A stretch of DNA of 64,000 nucleotides from Minisyncoccota bacterium (GCA_030583745.1 CP129473.1:76551-140550); one strand, 5' to 3'; shown: positions 46,710-56,303, counted from the stretch's first letter. The notes: a model not told the origin generated them from the sequence alone. A program made the numbers and translations.

Positions 46710-48167
46710 ATGTCTACTCTAGAAAACATTAGATCAGAGCGTCTTAAAAAAATAGAAATTTTAAAAGAAAACGGTCTTAATCCTTATCCGGCCAAAACAG
46801 AGCGAGATCTTGAAATCTCTCAATTTATAGAAAATTTTGATCAATATCTTTCTTCGGCAGAGGAGCATGTTTTAGCAGGCAGAATTATGTCAATCCGTAG
46901 CCACGGGGGCTCAACCTTTTTAGATATTTTTGATGGTACGGAAAAGGTTCAAATATTTCTTTCAGAAGCCGAAGTTGGAGAAAAATCTTACGAGCTTTTC
47001 AAACACACAACAGACCTTGGAGATTTCGTCGAAGTAAAAGGCAAAGCTTTTCAAACTCAGCGCGGCGCCAAGAGTTTAGCCGCCAATTTCTGGACAATGC
47101 TTTCCAAGAGCTTGCTACCAATTCCGGATGAATGGTATGGCCTCAAAGACGAAGATGAAAGGTATCGAAAGCGATTTCTTGATTTGCTTTTGAATAAAGA
47201 TCTTCGAAGTTTATTTGAGAAAAAAGCTAAGTTTTGGAATGAGACTCGAAATTTTCTTATTGAAAGAGGTTTTCTTGAAGTTGAAACCCCAACACTTGAA
47301 TTAACAACGGGTGGCGCTGAAGCCAGACCATTTCAAACCCATCATAATGACTTTGACTTGGATGTTTATCTCCGAATTTCTGTTGGTGAATTGTGGCAGA
47401 AGCGCTTGATGGCCGCCGGTTTTCCAAAAACTTTTGAAATCGGCCGAGTTTACAGAAATGAAGGTACGAGTCCAGAACATCTGCAAGAGTTTACCAACGT
47501 GGAATTTTATGCCGCTTACATGGATTATGAAGAAGGTATGAATTTAACTGAAGAAATGATAAAAACAGTTGTCTATAAAGTTTTTGGAACTTACAAGTTT
47601 TCCGCCAAAGGTCATGAATTTGATTTGGAAAGTAAGTGGCCGAGAATAGATTATGTTGAGACGGTAAAGAAAATGGCGGGGATTGATATTTTGAATGCTT
47701 CTGAAAAAGAAATGAAAGATAAACTCGATGAATTAGAAGTTAAATATGATGGTGATAATAGAGAAAGGTTAACAGATACTTTATGGAAATATTGTCGCAA
47801 ACAAATTAGCGGTCCGGCCTGGCTTATCAATCATCCTAAAATAGTCTCGCCACTGTCAAAAGCTAAAAAAGATAATCCAAAGTTAACTGAAAGAGTCCAG
47901 CTTCTTTTAGCCGGAGCGGAAATGACAAATGGATTTTCGGAGTTAAATGATCCGCTTGACCAAAGAGAGAGATTTGAAATTCAACAAAAACTTCTTGAAG
48001 AAGGGGATGAAGAGGCGATGATGGCTGATTGGGAATTCGTAGAAATGCTTGAATACGGTATGCCACCAACTTTTGGTTTTGCATATGGAGAAAGACTTTT
48101 TGCAACATTAGCTGGACTTCCAGTTAGAGAAACCCAACTATTTCCTCTGATGAGGCCGAGAGAATAA
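46710..48167 (+). CDS. lysS: lysyl-tRNA synthetase (class II)
   Basis: An OB-fold N-terminus is followed by 'RYRKRFLDLLLN', 'FLEVETPTL' and class II motifs 2 and 3. Confidence 0.95.
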   Translation: MSTLENIRSERLKKIEILKENGLNPYPAKTERDLEISQFIENFDQYLSSAEEHVLAGRIMSIRSHGGSTFLDIFDGTEKVQIFLSEAEVGEKSYELFKHTTDLGDFVEVKGKAFQTQRGAKSLAANFWTMLSKSLLPIPDEWYGLKDEDERYRKRFLDLLLNKDLRSLFEKKAKFWNETRNFLIERGFLEVETPTLELTTGGAEARPFQTHHNDFDLDVYLRISVGELWQKRLMAAGFPKTFEIGRVYRNEGTSPEHLQEFTNVEFYAAYMDYEEGMNLTEEMIKTVVYKVFGTYKFSAKGHEFDLESKWPRIDYVETVKKMAGIDILNASEKEMKDKLDELEVKYDGDNRERLTDTLWKYCRKQISGPAWLINHPKIVSPLSKAKKDNPKLTERVQLLLAGAEMTNGFSELNDPLDQRERFEIQQKLLEEGDEEAMMADWEFVEMLEYGMPPTFGFAYGERLFATLAGLPVRETQLFPLMRPRE

Positions 48168-48187
48168 GAAACCTATAAATCTACACC

Positions 48188-48214
48188 AAAAAACCGCCTT
48201 CTGGCGGTTTTTTG
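48188..48214 (+). terminator. intrinsic terminator after lysS
   Basis: The hairpin is 'aaaaaaccgcc-ttct-ggcggtttttt'. Confidence 0.75.
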
Positions 48215-48421
48215 GTGTTAGGCACAGTTGTGGATAACTTTCTTTTCAGTATTTTGGAATTTTGTGGTATATTTTCCCTTGAAGTGGGATAAAGTGGGAA
48301 ATATGAAAATAGTTAAGAGAACTTACACTGTCCATTTTAAAAACAACAAGCTCCCGCTTGAATTCCTGGTTCTTTGTAATAAGAAAATTGGTCGGAGGGT
48401 CAAAGTTAAACGAGCTTAAAT

Positions 48422-48859
48422 ATGTTACTTATCGGCGAATACATCCACACCCTGGACGATAAAAAGCGGGTCTCTTTACCTTCCAAATTCAGGAAGGCGG
48501 TTGGTCGGAAAATAATCGCGACAAGAGGTCTTGATAATTGTCTATTTATCTACGAATTGTCTGAATGGCAAAAAATCGCACAGAAACTTTCTGATTCAGG
48601 GATGGGACGAGCTGACAAAAGAAGCTTTGACCGATTTTTCCTGTCTTCGGCTGTTGAAATGGAAGTTGATAACGCTGGGCGATTTCTTATCCCAGAGCAT
48701 TTGAGAGATTTCGCTGATCTGAAAGGAAAAATTGTTTTTGCCGGTGTAGGAAACAGAATAGAAGTCTGGAACGAAAACCGTTGGACTGAATACAAAAACA
48801 GGATAGACAAAGAAGCCGATATTTTAGCTGAAAAATTGGGAGAAATCGGAGCGTTTTAA
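48422..48859 (+). CDS. mraZ: transcriptional regulator MraZ
   Basis: It has duplicated 'DxxxR' MraZ repeats: 'LDDKKRVSLPSKFRK' and 'DNAGRFLIPEHLR'. Confidence 0.9.
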   Translation: MLLIGEYIHTLDDKKRVSLPSKFRKAVGRKIIATRGLDNCLFIYELSEWQKIAQKLSDSGMGRADKRSFDRFFLSSAVEMEVDNAGRFLIPEHLRDFADLKGKIVFAGVGNRIEVWNENRWTEYKNRIDKEADILAEKLGEIGAF

Positions 48860-48941
48860 TTAGGCGTTAGGGAATTAGGCTTTAGGCGTTAGACAATTTC
48901 TAATTTCTAGAGCCTAGGACCTAGAGCCTAGAGACTAATAT

Positions 48942-49829
48942 ATGCACGTTCCCGTTCTTTTAAAAGAAACAATAGACTGCTTAGGATTTACTGATAAAGA
49001 CAAGATTTTTCTAGATGCGACTGTTGGAGCAGGCGGGCATAGTTTGGAAATTTGCAAACGGTTCCCTTGGCTTCAGATAATTGCTATTGATGCGGATGAA
49101 GAAGCTCTAAGTTTGGCGGAAGAAAATCTGAAAATCGGCGGTTGTCAGTTTGAAGTTAAGATTGAAAATTTCCGAAATCTTGCCAAGACCATGGATGAAT
49201 TGGGTATTCAGAAAGTTGACAAGATTTTGTTTGATATCGGAATGTCCTCCATGCACATTGATATTTCGGGCAGGGGATTTAGTTTCCAAAAAGACGAGCC
49301 GCTTCTCATGACGATGAAAAAAGAGTTGGAAGGATCATTGACTGCCTATGAAATAGTAAACAGCTGGCCGAAAGATGAAATTGAAAAAATTCTTAGAGAT
49401 TACGGCGAAGAGTCTTTTGCCAGAAAAATTGCCGAGCAGATTGTGAAAGAAAGAAAGAAGGGGCCTATAAAAACCACCCTTGATTTGGTCAAAGTGATTG
49501 AAGATGCGACCCCGAAATTTTACCGACACAAAAGAATTCATCCGGCGACTAAAACTTTCCAAGCGATTCGGATAGCTGTAAACGACGAACTTGAATCGCT
49601 GAAAGAGGGGATAGGTCAGGCGTTTGAGAGGTTGAGAGTTGGTGGTCGGCTGGCAGTCATATCATTTCATAGTTTGGAAGACAGGATAGTAAAGAAAAAT
49701 TTTAAAGAACTTGAAAAAAACGGTAAGGGCAAATTGATAACAAAAAAACCTCTAACTGCAAGTTTTGAAGAAATAAAAATCAATTCAAGAAGTAGGAGCG
49801 CAAAATTAAGAGTAATAGAAAAAATTTAA
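48942..49829 (+). CDS. rsmH: 16S rRNA (cytosine1402-N4)-methyltransferase RsmH
   Basis: 'MHVPVLLKETID…DATVGAGGHS…FDIGMSS' matches RsmH. Confidence 0.9.
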   Translation: MHVPVLLKETIDCLGFTDKDKIFLDATVGAGGHSLEICKRFPWLQIIAIDADEEALSLAEENLKIGGCQFEVKIENFRNLAKTMDELGIQKVDKILFDIGMSSMHIDISGRGFSFQKDEPLLMTMKKELEGSLTAYEIVNSWPKDEIEKILRDYGEESFARKIAEQIVKERKKGPIKTTLDLVKVIEDATPKFYRHKRIHPATKTFQAIRIAVNDELESLKEGIGQAFERLRVGGRLAVISFHSLEDRIVKKNFKELEKNGKGKLITKKPLTASFEEIKINSRSRSAKLRVIEKI

Positions 49830-49833
49830 AAAA

Positions 49834-50163
49834 ATGAACACTTTGTCAAAAACCATAACAGTTTTCAAAAGAAGGCAGAAACCCGTGTCTTGGTTTTTAT
49901 TTTTTTTGGCTTCTGTTCTTGTTTTATCTTATTTATTGAGCGTAAATTTGACTGTATTCAGTACTGCCAAACGAGTGAAGATTAATAAAGAAATAAATCT
50001 CTTGAATTTTCAGGTTGGGCAATTAGAATTTGAGCTTCTCTCAAAGAAAAATGAAATAAATATGAATTTGGCTCGTTCGTTGGGTTTTGACGAAGCTCGT
50101 GACGTCAGGTTTATTTCTAGAAAATCAGTTGCTACAATACTTGGGACGGCTAATATTCAATGA
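49834..50163 (+). CDS. FtsL-like cell-division membrane protein
   Basis: This small single-TM protein carries a coiled coil and sits in the dcw cluster between rsmH and ftsI. Confidence 0.5.
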   Translation: MNTLSKTITVFKRRQKPVSWFLFFLASVLVLSYLLSVNLTVFSTAKRVKINKEINLLNFQVGQLEFELLSKKNEINMNLARSLGFDEARDVRFISRKSVATILGTANIQ

Positions 50164-50184
50164 GAATTGAGTTAAATCAGGTCT

Positions 50185-51903
50185 ATGAAAAATAAAAAAT
50201 CGCCAGCCTTCAGAATCTGGCTTTTGTTTTTTGGTATTTCGGCTTTTGCCCTGATTTTGGTTTTTCGACTTTATCATTTGCAAATTCTACAAGGTGAAGT
50301 CTACAAAGAAAGAGCCGAGAAACAGTATTATTTTCCTCAAACTAATATTTTTAATCGCGGTTCAATTTTCTTTACCAATAAGGATGGAACATCATTTCCA
50401 GCCGCCTTGCAAAAGAACAGTTTTTCGGTCGTGGTCAATCCTTCTGTAATAAGAAGCCATGATTTCTTGTTTTACCAAATTTCTTCAATTATCGATTTGG
50501 ACGAGGAAGATTTTATTGGAAAGCTTAGCAAGGGTGGGGATTATCAAAAAATTGCTTCTAATCTTGATGTTGCAACCGCTGAAAAAATAAAAAAATTGAA
50601 TTTGATTGGTGTTAGTGTTGAACATCAAAAAGAGCGGGTTTATCCAGCTGGCAACTTAGCTTCCCATGCTTTGGGTTTTGTTGGTTTTGTGGAGCATAGT
50701 CGAGTTGGCCAATATGGCATCGAAAGATATTATGAAAATACTTTAAAGAGAGAAAACCAATCAGTTTTTGTAAATTTCTTTGCAGAGGTTTTTGCTGGTA
50801 TAAAAGACAGCGTTTCCATTGCGGAAGTTCAGGAGAAGGAGGGAGATGTTTTAGTCTCAATAGAACCACAAGTTCAGGCTTTTGTTGAAGAAGAGTTAAG
50901 AGATTTAAACAAAAATTTTAATTCACGTTATTCTGGGGCGATTGTGATAAATCCCAAAGACGGAGCGATTGTTGCAATGGCTTCCCATCCGGATTTTGAC
51001 CCAAACAATTATGGAAAAGAGTCTTCAAATTCAATCTTTATTAATCCGTTGGTCGAGAATGTCTATGAGATGGGTTCAATTATCAAAGCTCTGACTTTAG
51101 CCGCGGGTTTGGATTTTGGCACAATTAAACCGGAATCTACTTATTTTGATCCAGGGGTTATAACTTTGAACAATCGCCAGATTTCAAATCACGATGGTCG
51201 TGGGCGCGGACTTGTTGATATGCAGACAGTCTTAAACGAATCTTTAAACACCGGCGCATCTTTTATTGTCCAGCAAATGGGTAATCAAAATTTTGCCAGA
51301 TACATGTTTGATTTTGGTCTGGGAGAAGCATCTGGAATTGATTTGCCAAACGAAGCCGTTAATATTGTTTCCAACTTGAGCAGTAGTCGAGATTTGGAAT
51401 ATGCCACCGCTTCTTTCGGACAAGGCATTGCTTTAACTCCGGTTTCAACAGCCCGCGCTTTGTCGGTTTTGGCTAACGGCGGTTATCTAATCAATCCTCA
51501 TTTAACAAAAAAGGTTCAGTACAAAAATGGTTTTTCGCGCCAGATTTCTTATCAATCTGGTAAAAGAGTCTTAAAACCGGAAACTTCAGAAGAGATAAGC
51601 AGAATGCTGGTTAAAACTTTTGATGAAGCGCTTTTAGGGGGCAGTTTGAAGATGGAAAATTATAGTATCGCGGCAAAAACCGGTACCGCCCAAGTAGCGA
51701 AGGAAGGCGGGCGAGGTTATTATGACGACAGGTTTTTGCATACTTTTTTTGGTTATTTCCCCGCTTTCGACGCTAAATTTTTGGTCTTTCTGTTTACTTA
51801 CGATCCGAAAGGCGTAAGATATGCTTCCGAATCTTTATCTGTGCCGTTTATGGATATTGCCAAATATCTCATCAATTATTATGAAATAACGCCGGACAGA
51901 TAA
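50185..51903 (+). CDS. ftsI: penicillin-binding protein FtsI-like (PBP3 transpeptidase)
   Basis: An N-terminal TM segment is present, with SxxK 'MGSIIKAL' and KTG 'AAKTGTAQ'. It sits in dcw cluster context. Confidence 0.85.
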   Translation: MKNKKSPAFRIWLLFFGISAFALILVFRLYHLQILQGEVYKERAEKQYYFPQTNIFNRGSIFFTNKDGTSFPAALQKNSFSVVVNPSVIRSHDFLFYQISSIIDLDEEDFIGKLSKGGDYQKIASNLDVATAEKIKKLNLIGVSVEHQKERVYPAGNLASHALGFVGFVEHSRVGQYGIERYYENTLKRENQSVFVNFFAEVFAGIKDSVSIAEVQEKEGDVLVSIEPQVQAFVEEELRDLNKNFNSRYSGAIVINPKDGAIVAMASHPDFDPNNYGKESSNSIFINPLVENVYEMGSIIKALTLAAGLDFGTIKPESTYFDPGVITLNNRQISNHDGRGRGLVDMQTVLNESLNTGASFIVQQMGNQNFARYMFDFGLGEASGIDLPNEAVNIVSNLSSSRDLEYATASFGQGIALTPVSTARALSVLANGGYLINPHLTKKVQYKNGFSRQISYQSGKRVLKPETSEEISRMLVKTFDEALLGGSLKMENYSIAAKTGTAQVAKEGGRGYYDDRFLHTFFGYFPAFDAKFLVFLFTYDPKGVRYASESLSVPFMDIAKYLINYYEITPDR

Positions 51904-51919
51904 TGACGGCCTGCAAGAT

Positions 51920-53221
51920 ATGAAAGATTTTCTTAAAAAAACCATTGTTCATCTTATTACTTTTGAATCTAAGCTGATAATCAAAAAATATCAGCCGAAG
52001 ATTGTTGCTATCACCGGCAGTGTCGGCAAAACCGGCACCAAAGATGCAGTTCACGCTCTTTTTTCTAAATTGTTCTATGCCGAAAAAAGTCCAAAAAGTT
52101 TTAACAGCGAAGTTGGGATTCCACTTTCAATTATCGGTGGCCAAAAAAGTGGGTGGAGAAATCCGCTATCTTGGCTTAAGGTTGTTTTGGACGGCTTATT
52201 TTTAATTATTTTACCAAATCATTATCCGAGGTGGCTAATTCTCGAGGTTGGGGCTGACAGGCCGGGAGACATAGAGGAAATTTCAAATTGGCTGAAAACT
52301 GACGTTGCGATCTTCACCAGAATGAGCGAAGTGCCGGTTCACGTTGAGTTTTTTGATTCACCGCAATCAGTCTTAAAAGAAAAAATGTTTTTGTTAAAAT
52401 CTCTTAGGTCGGAGCAGGGCGTTGCAGTTTACAATTACGATGATGAAATTATAAGAAGGGAGATTGAGGACAGAAAAGAATTGACCAAGTTGTCTTATGG
52501 TTTTGACAAAAAAGCCAGAGTCTCTGCTTCAAACTATGCAATTATTTATGATAGAAAAACTGGTTTTCCTTCGGGTATAAATTTCAAAATTAATTTTGAT
52601 GGTTCAAGTGTACCAGCCACGATTTACGACACAGTTGGCCGTCAGCAAGTTTATGCTGTCTTGGCCGGGGTTACGGCCATTTTGTCTCAAGGTGGTAATC
52701 CAGTAAAAGCAATTGAAGGTCTTCTTGATTATAGAAGTCAGCCGGGCCGAATGAAGATTTTAGAAGGTGTAAAAAATTCTCTTATTATTGACGATAGCTA
52801 CAATTCTTCTCCGGTTGCCCTGTTTGAATCGCTTGATACTTTGAAATCTATCAAGTGCGCTGGAAGAAAAATTGTAATTTTGGGCGATATGATGGAGATA
52901 GGACGCTATTCAATTGACGAACATAAAAAAGCCGGAGCTTTAGTGGCCGAGTTTGCCGATTTTATTTTTACTGTTGGTGTTCGAGCAAAATGCATCAATG
53001 ATGGCGCTTTAGAAAGGGGGTTTTCGCCTGAAAAAATTTTTAATTTTGGCGATTCCAGAGAAGCCGGAAAACAAGTGGAAATTATGGTTCAGCCAGGCGA
53101 CATCGTCTTAGTAAAAGGTTCACAATCAGCTAGAATGGAGCGGGCAGTTGAAGAAATCATGAATGATCCGATGAAAAAAGAAGAACTTTTGGTAAGGCAA
53201 GAACAAAGCTGGCGTTTCTGA
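51920..53221 (+). CDS. murF: Mur ligase, probably UDP-MurNAc-pentapeptide synthetase MurF
   Basis: The P-loop 'ITGSVGKTGTKD' and Mur ligase middle and C-terminal domains are present. The 433-aa size and its position after ftsI also fit. Confidence 0.7.
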   Translation: MKDFLKKTIVHLITFESKLIIKKYQPKIVAITGSVGKTGTKDAVHALFSKLFYAEKSPKSFNSEVGIPLSIIGGQKSGWRNPLSWLKVVLDGLFLIILPNHYPRWLILEVGADRPGDIEEISNWLKTDVAIFTRMSEVPVHVEFFDSPQSVLKEKMFLLKSLRSEQGVAVYNYDDEIIRREIEDRKELTKLSYGFDKKARVSASNYAIIYDRKTGFPSGINFKINFDGSSVPATIYDTVGRQQVYAVLAGVTAILSQGGNPVKAIEGLLDYRSQPGRMKILEGVKNSLIIDDSYNSSPVALFESLDTLKSIKCAGRKIVILGDMMEIGRYSIDEHKKAGALVAEFADFIFTVGVRAKCINDGALERGFSPEKIFNFGDSREAGKQVEIMVQPGDIVLVKGSQSARMERAVEEIMNDPMKKEELLVRQEQSWRF

Positions 53222-53359
53222 TAAAAATTTTTGTTTAAGATGTGGTTTGCTAGTTGGCAAAGAGAGAAAAAGAGAAGGTTACTTTTTCATTCCCTCGCCA
53301 TACAGCGCGCCTTCGGCGCGCCCAGATTTTGCGCTTACTTCCGACCAAGTTTCTGAATG

Positions 53360-53603
53360 TGACGATATTATAGCCTTTGCTCGAACCTATTTCGAGTCAA
53401 AGACCGACTGACTTCGCACGCGCGGAGCGCGTGGTGGCTTGGAACTACATCGTACGCTCCGATCGCGTGGTGATGCCAACTCATGCTGCCAGCGCCTCGA
53501 CAAGCTCGGCGCTCCGCCCTCGCCCCGTTTCCGCTCTCCATGCTTTTTCTTTTTTCGCGGGGGGATTTTTTTAAAAATTGAATGGGCGGAAAACGGGGCT
53601 CGG
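53360..53603 (+). repeat. inverted repeat IR244 left copy
   Basis: It is 100% identical to the reverse complement of 59256-59498. The track ORFs 53377..53574 (+) and 59284..59481 (-) give identical 65-aa translations. Confidence 0.9.
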
Positions 53604-53604
53604 T

Positions 53605-54260
53605 CGGGCTTCACCTAAAAGGGTGAAGCGTGGCGTCATTCGTTCAGTGGTGCCTCGGATCTATTCTATCAATTTTGCGTTCATGGCTAAAGGGACGGCA
53701 CCCTCGGCATCCACCTCGGGCTATTTCCGCTAGGGCTACGAGCGCCTAGATGCCTAGGAGTGTCGCTTTTCCTCGCAAGTGCGCCTTGCTAGGCGCTTGC
53801 TCGGGCGACACGCAGTTTGGGGGAAGGAAGGAATCCTTCCCCCAGCTTCGGGCTCCTCCTCGCAGTGGTCGTTCGGAGTGTACGGTGCCGTACAGATAAC
53901 AAGGTACGTCGTGAGTTTCTCTCTCGCTTTGACGTGCCTTCGGAGTCCGCCTTCGCACAACCCCCATCCTCGTTTTCAATATTTCTTTCGTGGTGTCGCT
54001 TCCGCTACGATACTTTGTTTTGCAATATAACGTCGGCGCTCGTCCTTTAGCCCTGGACGCTCCTAGCGGAAATAGCCCGAGGGCTCTGCCTTATGTGCTT
54101 GCCCCAGGCCGTGTTAGTACACGGCTCCCACCCGTGCGCGCACAAACCCCGCCCGCAAGCGGGCGGGACTCCCTGCAAAATGCAAGTGCCCTCGGGAGGA
54201 TTCGAACCTCCAAGATCGGGGTAGAGGCCCGACAGTTTATCCATTAGCTTACGAGGGCAA
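53605..54260. ncRNA. candidate large structured RNA (GC-rich, ORF-free, extensive self-complementarity); identity unknown
   Basis: The region is ~58% GC. The long-range pair 'cctcgggctatttccgctagg' (53722-53742) faces its reverse complement at 54061-54081. Many local hairpins are present (gggggaagg…ccttccccc, gtacggtgccgtac, cccgcccgcaagcgggcggg). The strand of transcription is uncertain. Confidence 0.35.
54185..54256 (-). other. tRNA-like element (T-arm GGAGG-UUCGAAU-CCUCC and 7-bp acceptor GCCCUCG/CGAGGGC; irregular D/anticodon arms; no CCA)
   Basis: On the minus strand it reads 'gccctcgtaagctaatggataaactgtcgggcctctaccccgatcttggaggttcgaatcctcccgagggca'. The anticodon stem 'ucggg/cccga' has loop 'ccucuac' (C at position 33). 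The D-arm is poorly paired, so it is likely a pseudo-tRNA or a structural mimic. Confidence 0.4.
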
Positions 54261-54345
54261 AGAGAAAGAAGCGCATAAATGCGCTGGGGGAATTCTTTAT
54301 CTTCTGTGCCTCGTATTAAACATTACTGTTTACATTAACATTTTT

Positions 54346-54373
54346 TTGAAAAAATAAAAACAAGAGTTATAAT
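54346..54373 (+). promoter_or_regulatory. sigma-70 promoter (TTGAAA-16-TATAAT)
   Basis: It lies upstream of a ~170-nt GC-rich leader that precedes the YjzC-like ORF. Confidence 0.5.
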
Positions 54374-54544
54374 TCAACAATTGAAGTCCTTTGAAATGCT
54401 GGCGGGATAGTCGGAGCGCCCTTTTCTGCATCTTAGGGGATCATCTCACCTCCTCCCCCCTGGTCAGTGCTTTTTCGAGCATTGACTCGGGGGCGCGTAG
54501 CAGGTCGAGCCCCTGGATTACCAGAATTAAGCGAAACGATTGTT

Positions 54545-54706
54545 ATGACTAAAGTCAAAACAGGCGGTACTGCTAAAAAATCTGGACAGTATAGAGTCGA
54601 GGGTACAAAAACCCTCGAGATTACATTGTCTAGAGGCGATCGCGTTCCACCTCATGGAGGAAAGGCGAGAACCTTTGTGCTCGTTGATAAGACGAAACAC
54701 AAATAG
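54545..54706 (+). CDS. YjzC-like small protein (53 aa)
   Basis: 'VKTGGTAKKSGQYRVEGTKTLEITLSRGDRVPPHGGKARTFVLVDK' follows the YjzC pattern (K.G..AP..G.Y.e.G…i.L..GD.fP…..W). The start is at the internal ATG and the RBS is weak. Confidence 0.4.
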   Translation: MTKVKTGGTAKKSGQYRVEGTKTLEITLSRGDRVPPHGGKARTFVLVDKTKHK

Positions 54707-54750
54707 TAAGTAACCGCTAAACTTTTCCTGCCAGCATTTCAGAGGATTTT

Positions 54751-56238
54751 CTATTTTATTCTCAAAAATGGTTTGCTAAGGGTTAAGCGATAATCTCCAA
54801 AAAACTCTTTTATCGTCTTTCTGGTCCTGTGTTTTTCAATGTATTGATCTAAATAAGTGAGTAGTTCTTTTTCAACCTCGACGAAGCTGTCTGGGCAAAT
54901 AGATTTGTAATGATTGACCCAACCGCCAGCAAAAGATTTGTATGCCTTAATTACTTCTCCAAAATCAAATTTTTTGACGATACCAACATTTACAATTTCG
55001 CGCTCAAAAGTGTTTTTAAATTCCTGGATTGCCTCCTTGGGAATGAAAAGACTATTTTTCGAAATACCAACCCCAAGGAATTCGAAACTATTTCCATCAA
55101 TATTTAATAACTGTGTTTTACTACCAACCTCAAGTGGGTGTAATTTCAATTTAAGTTTCTCGCTTCCTGATTTAATTAACTCATATACATTATTTGCTTG
55201 ACCTTCACTTTTTGAAAGAACGATCATGTCATCAAGGTATCTGAAACCCTTGCACCCTTTTACTTTGTTAGGAATTTTATCAAGTGGTAAGGCGTAATAA
55301 CTTGAGAGAAATGGTGAGTATGAAAGACCCTGCGGAATGCCAGTGGTCTTTAGTTTAAGGTGTCCAAATGTTCCATGAAAATCTGAATCTGCCTCAATTT
55401 TATTTTCTATGGATACCTTTATTAATCGAAATAATCTGCGTTGATCTTTGCCTCTGAATTTTTTACTCAGTTGCTTTAATAAAATACTTCTATCAATGGA
55501 TGAGAAAAAATCTTTAAAATCTAATTTTAAAATATAGCGAGCCTCGCCATTTTTTAAAGCTCTCTGTATTTCATTGAGTATTCGCTTACATTCACTGGTG
55601 TCTTTTTCTTTCTTAATACCAAGTCCAAGTGCACCGTATTCCTCTAAGGCTGGTTTTAGAATATTACAAACTTTTGGAAATACGGCTGATAAAACGATCC
55701 GGTCTTTTGAAGAAGGGATAAGAAGGGGTCTATATTTTCCGTTAGATTTTCTTATTTTCAAACCAGAATATGGTAAGAAAGAAAATCGCCGTAATTCTTT
55801 CGAGTAGAATTCGGCTACACTTATCTTCTTTATGTATTTCCCTAGATCATTTAGCTCCCGCTCCTCTATTCCTGAAAATCTTTTTAAATCTGAAAAGTTT
55901 TTGCGAAATACTTTACGTCTCAAACTCTTAAATGCACTTGCGATTTGTTCTTGAGTTAAAAGCAGTTGCAGGTTCACATAATTTTCTATGATAGACGACC
56001 TCACTGGACTCGAACCAGTGCATGTTCCGAAAGATCGTGCTCCCTTAAGGGTAGAGGCTACTGCCGAAGCGATAGCCTCACCATTAAGGGTACTACTTTT
56101 CAGTCCGTTCGTCAACCGAAGTTGATAGACTTTCCTAATCGGTAGGTGGCGACCTGCAAGAGTAAAGTTTATGGCGTGCATAATTCTTTTCCCTCGCAGG
56201 AAGTCGTGAGCCGAAGCCCACTGTAAAATATTATACAT
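54751..56238 (-). CDS. group-II-intron-like reverse transcriptase with maturase/X (thumb) domain, not embedded in an intron ribozyme (G2L-type)
   Basis: RT motifs 1-7 are present: 'NGKYRPLLIPSSKDRIV', 'LKLDFKDFFSSI', 'GIPQGLSYSPFL', 'FRYLDDMIVL' and 'LHPLEV…'. The X-domain 'AGGWVNHYKS' is also present. No D1-D3 or D5/D6 intron RNA is found; flanks are occupied by other genes. The first ~85 codons of the track ORF overlap structured RNA (see findings). Confidence 0.8.
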   Translation of the reverse strand: MYNILQWASAHDFLRGKRIMHAINFTLAGRHLPIRKVYQLRLTNGLKSSTLNGEAIASAVASTLKGARSFGTCTGSSPVRSSIIENYVNLQLLLTQEQIASAFKSLRRKVFRKNFSDLKRFSGIEERELNDLGKYIKKISVAEFYSKELRRFSFLPYSGLKIRKSNGKYRPLLIPSSKDRIVLSAVFPKVCNILKPALEEYGALGLGIKKEKDTSECKRILNEIQRALKNGEARYILKLDFKDFFSSIDRSILLKQLSKKFRGKDQRRLFRLIKVSIENKIEADSDFHGTFGHLKLKTTGIPQGLSYSPFLSSYYALPLDKIPNKVKGCKGFRYLDDMIVLSKSEGQANNVYELIKSGSEKLKLKLHPLEVGSKTQLLNIDGNSFEFLGVGISKNSLFIPKEAIQEFKNTFEREIVNVGIVKKFDFGEVIKAYKSFAGGWVNHYKSICPDSFVEVEKELLTYLDQYIEKHRTRKTIKEFFGDYRLTLSKPFLRIK

Positions 56239-56303
56239 TAACCGGCTTATTCAGCAATAGAAAATCTGTGGATAACTCGCTGTAGTTTTCGGTATTCTTT
56301 CGG

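Noticed and set aside
53377-53574. Identical 65-aa ORFs at 53377..53574 (+) and 59284..59481 (-)
   Set aside because: They are a by-product of the perfect 244-bp inverted repeat. There is no RBS and the sequence is GC-rich low-complexity, so they are not treated as genes.
54185-54256. Calling the element a functional tRNA (e.g. tRNA-Arg UCU)
   Set aside because: The T-arm and acceptor are canonical, but the D-arm is mismatched, position 33 is C and the total length is 72 nt without CCA. It is better treated as a tRNA-like or pseudo-tRNA structure.
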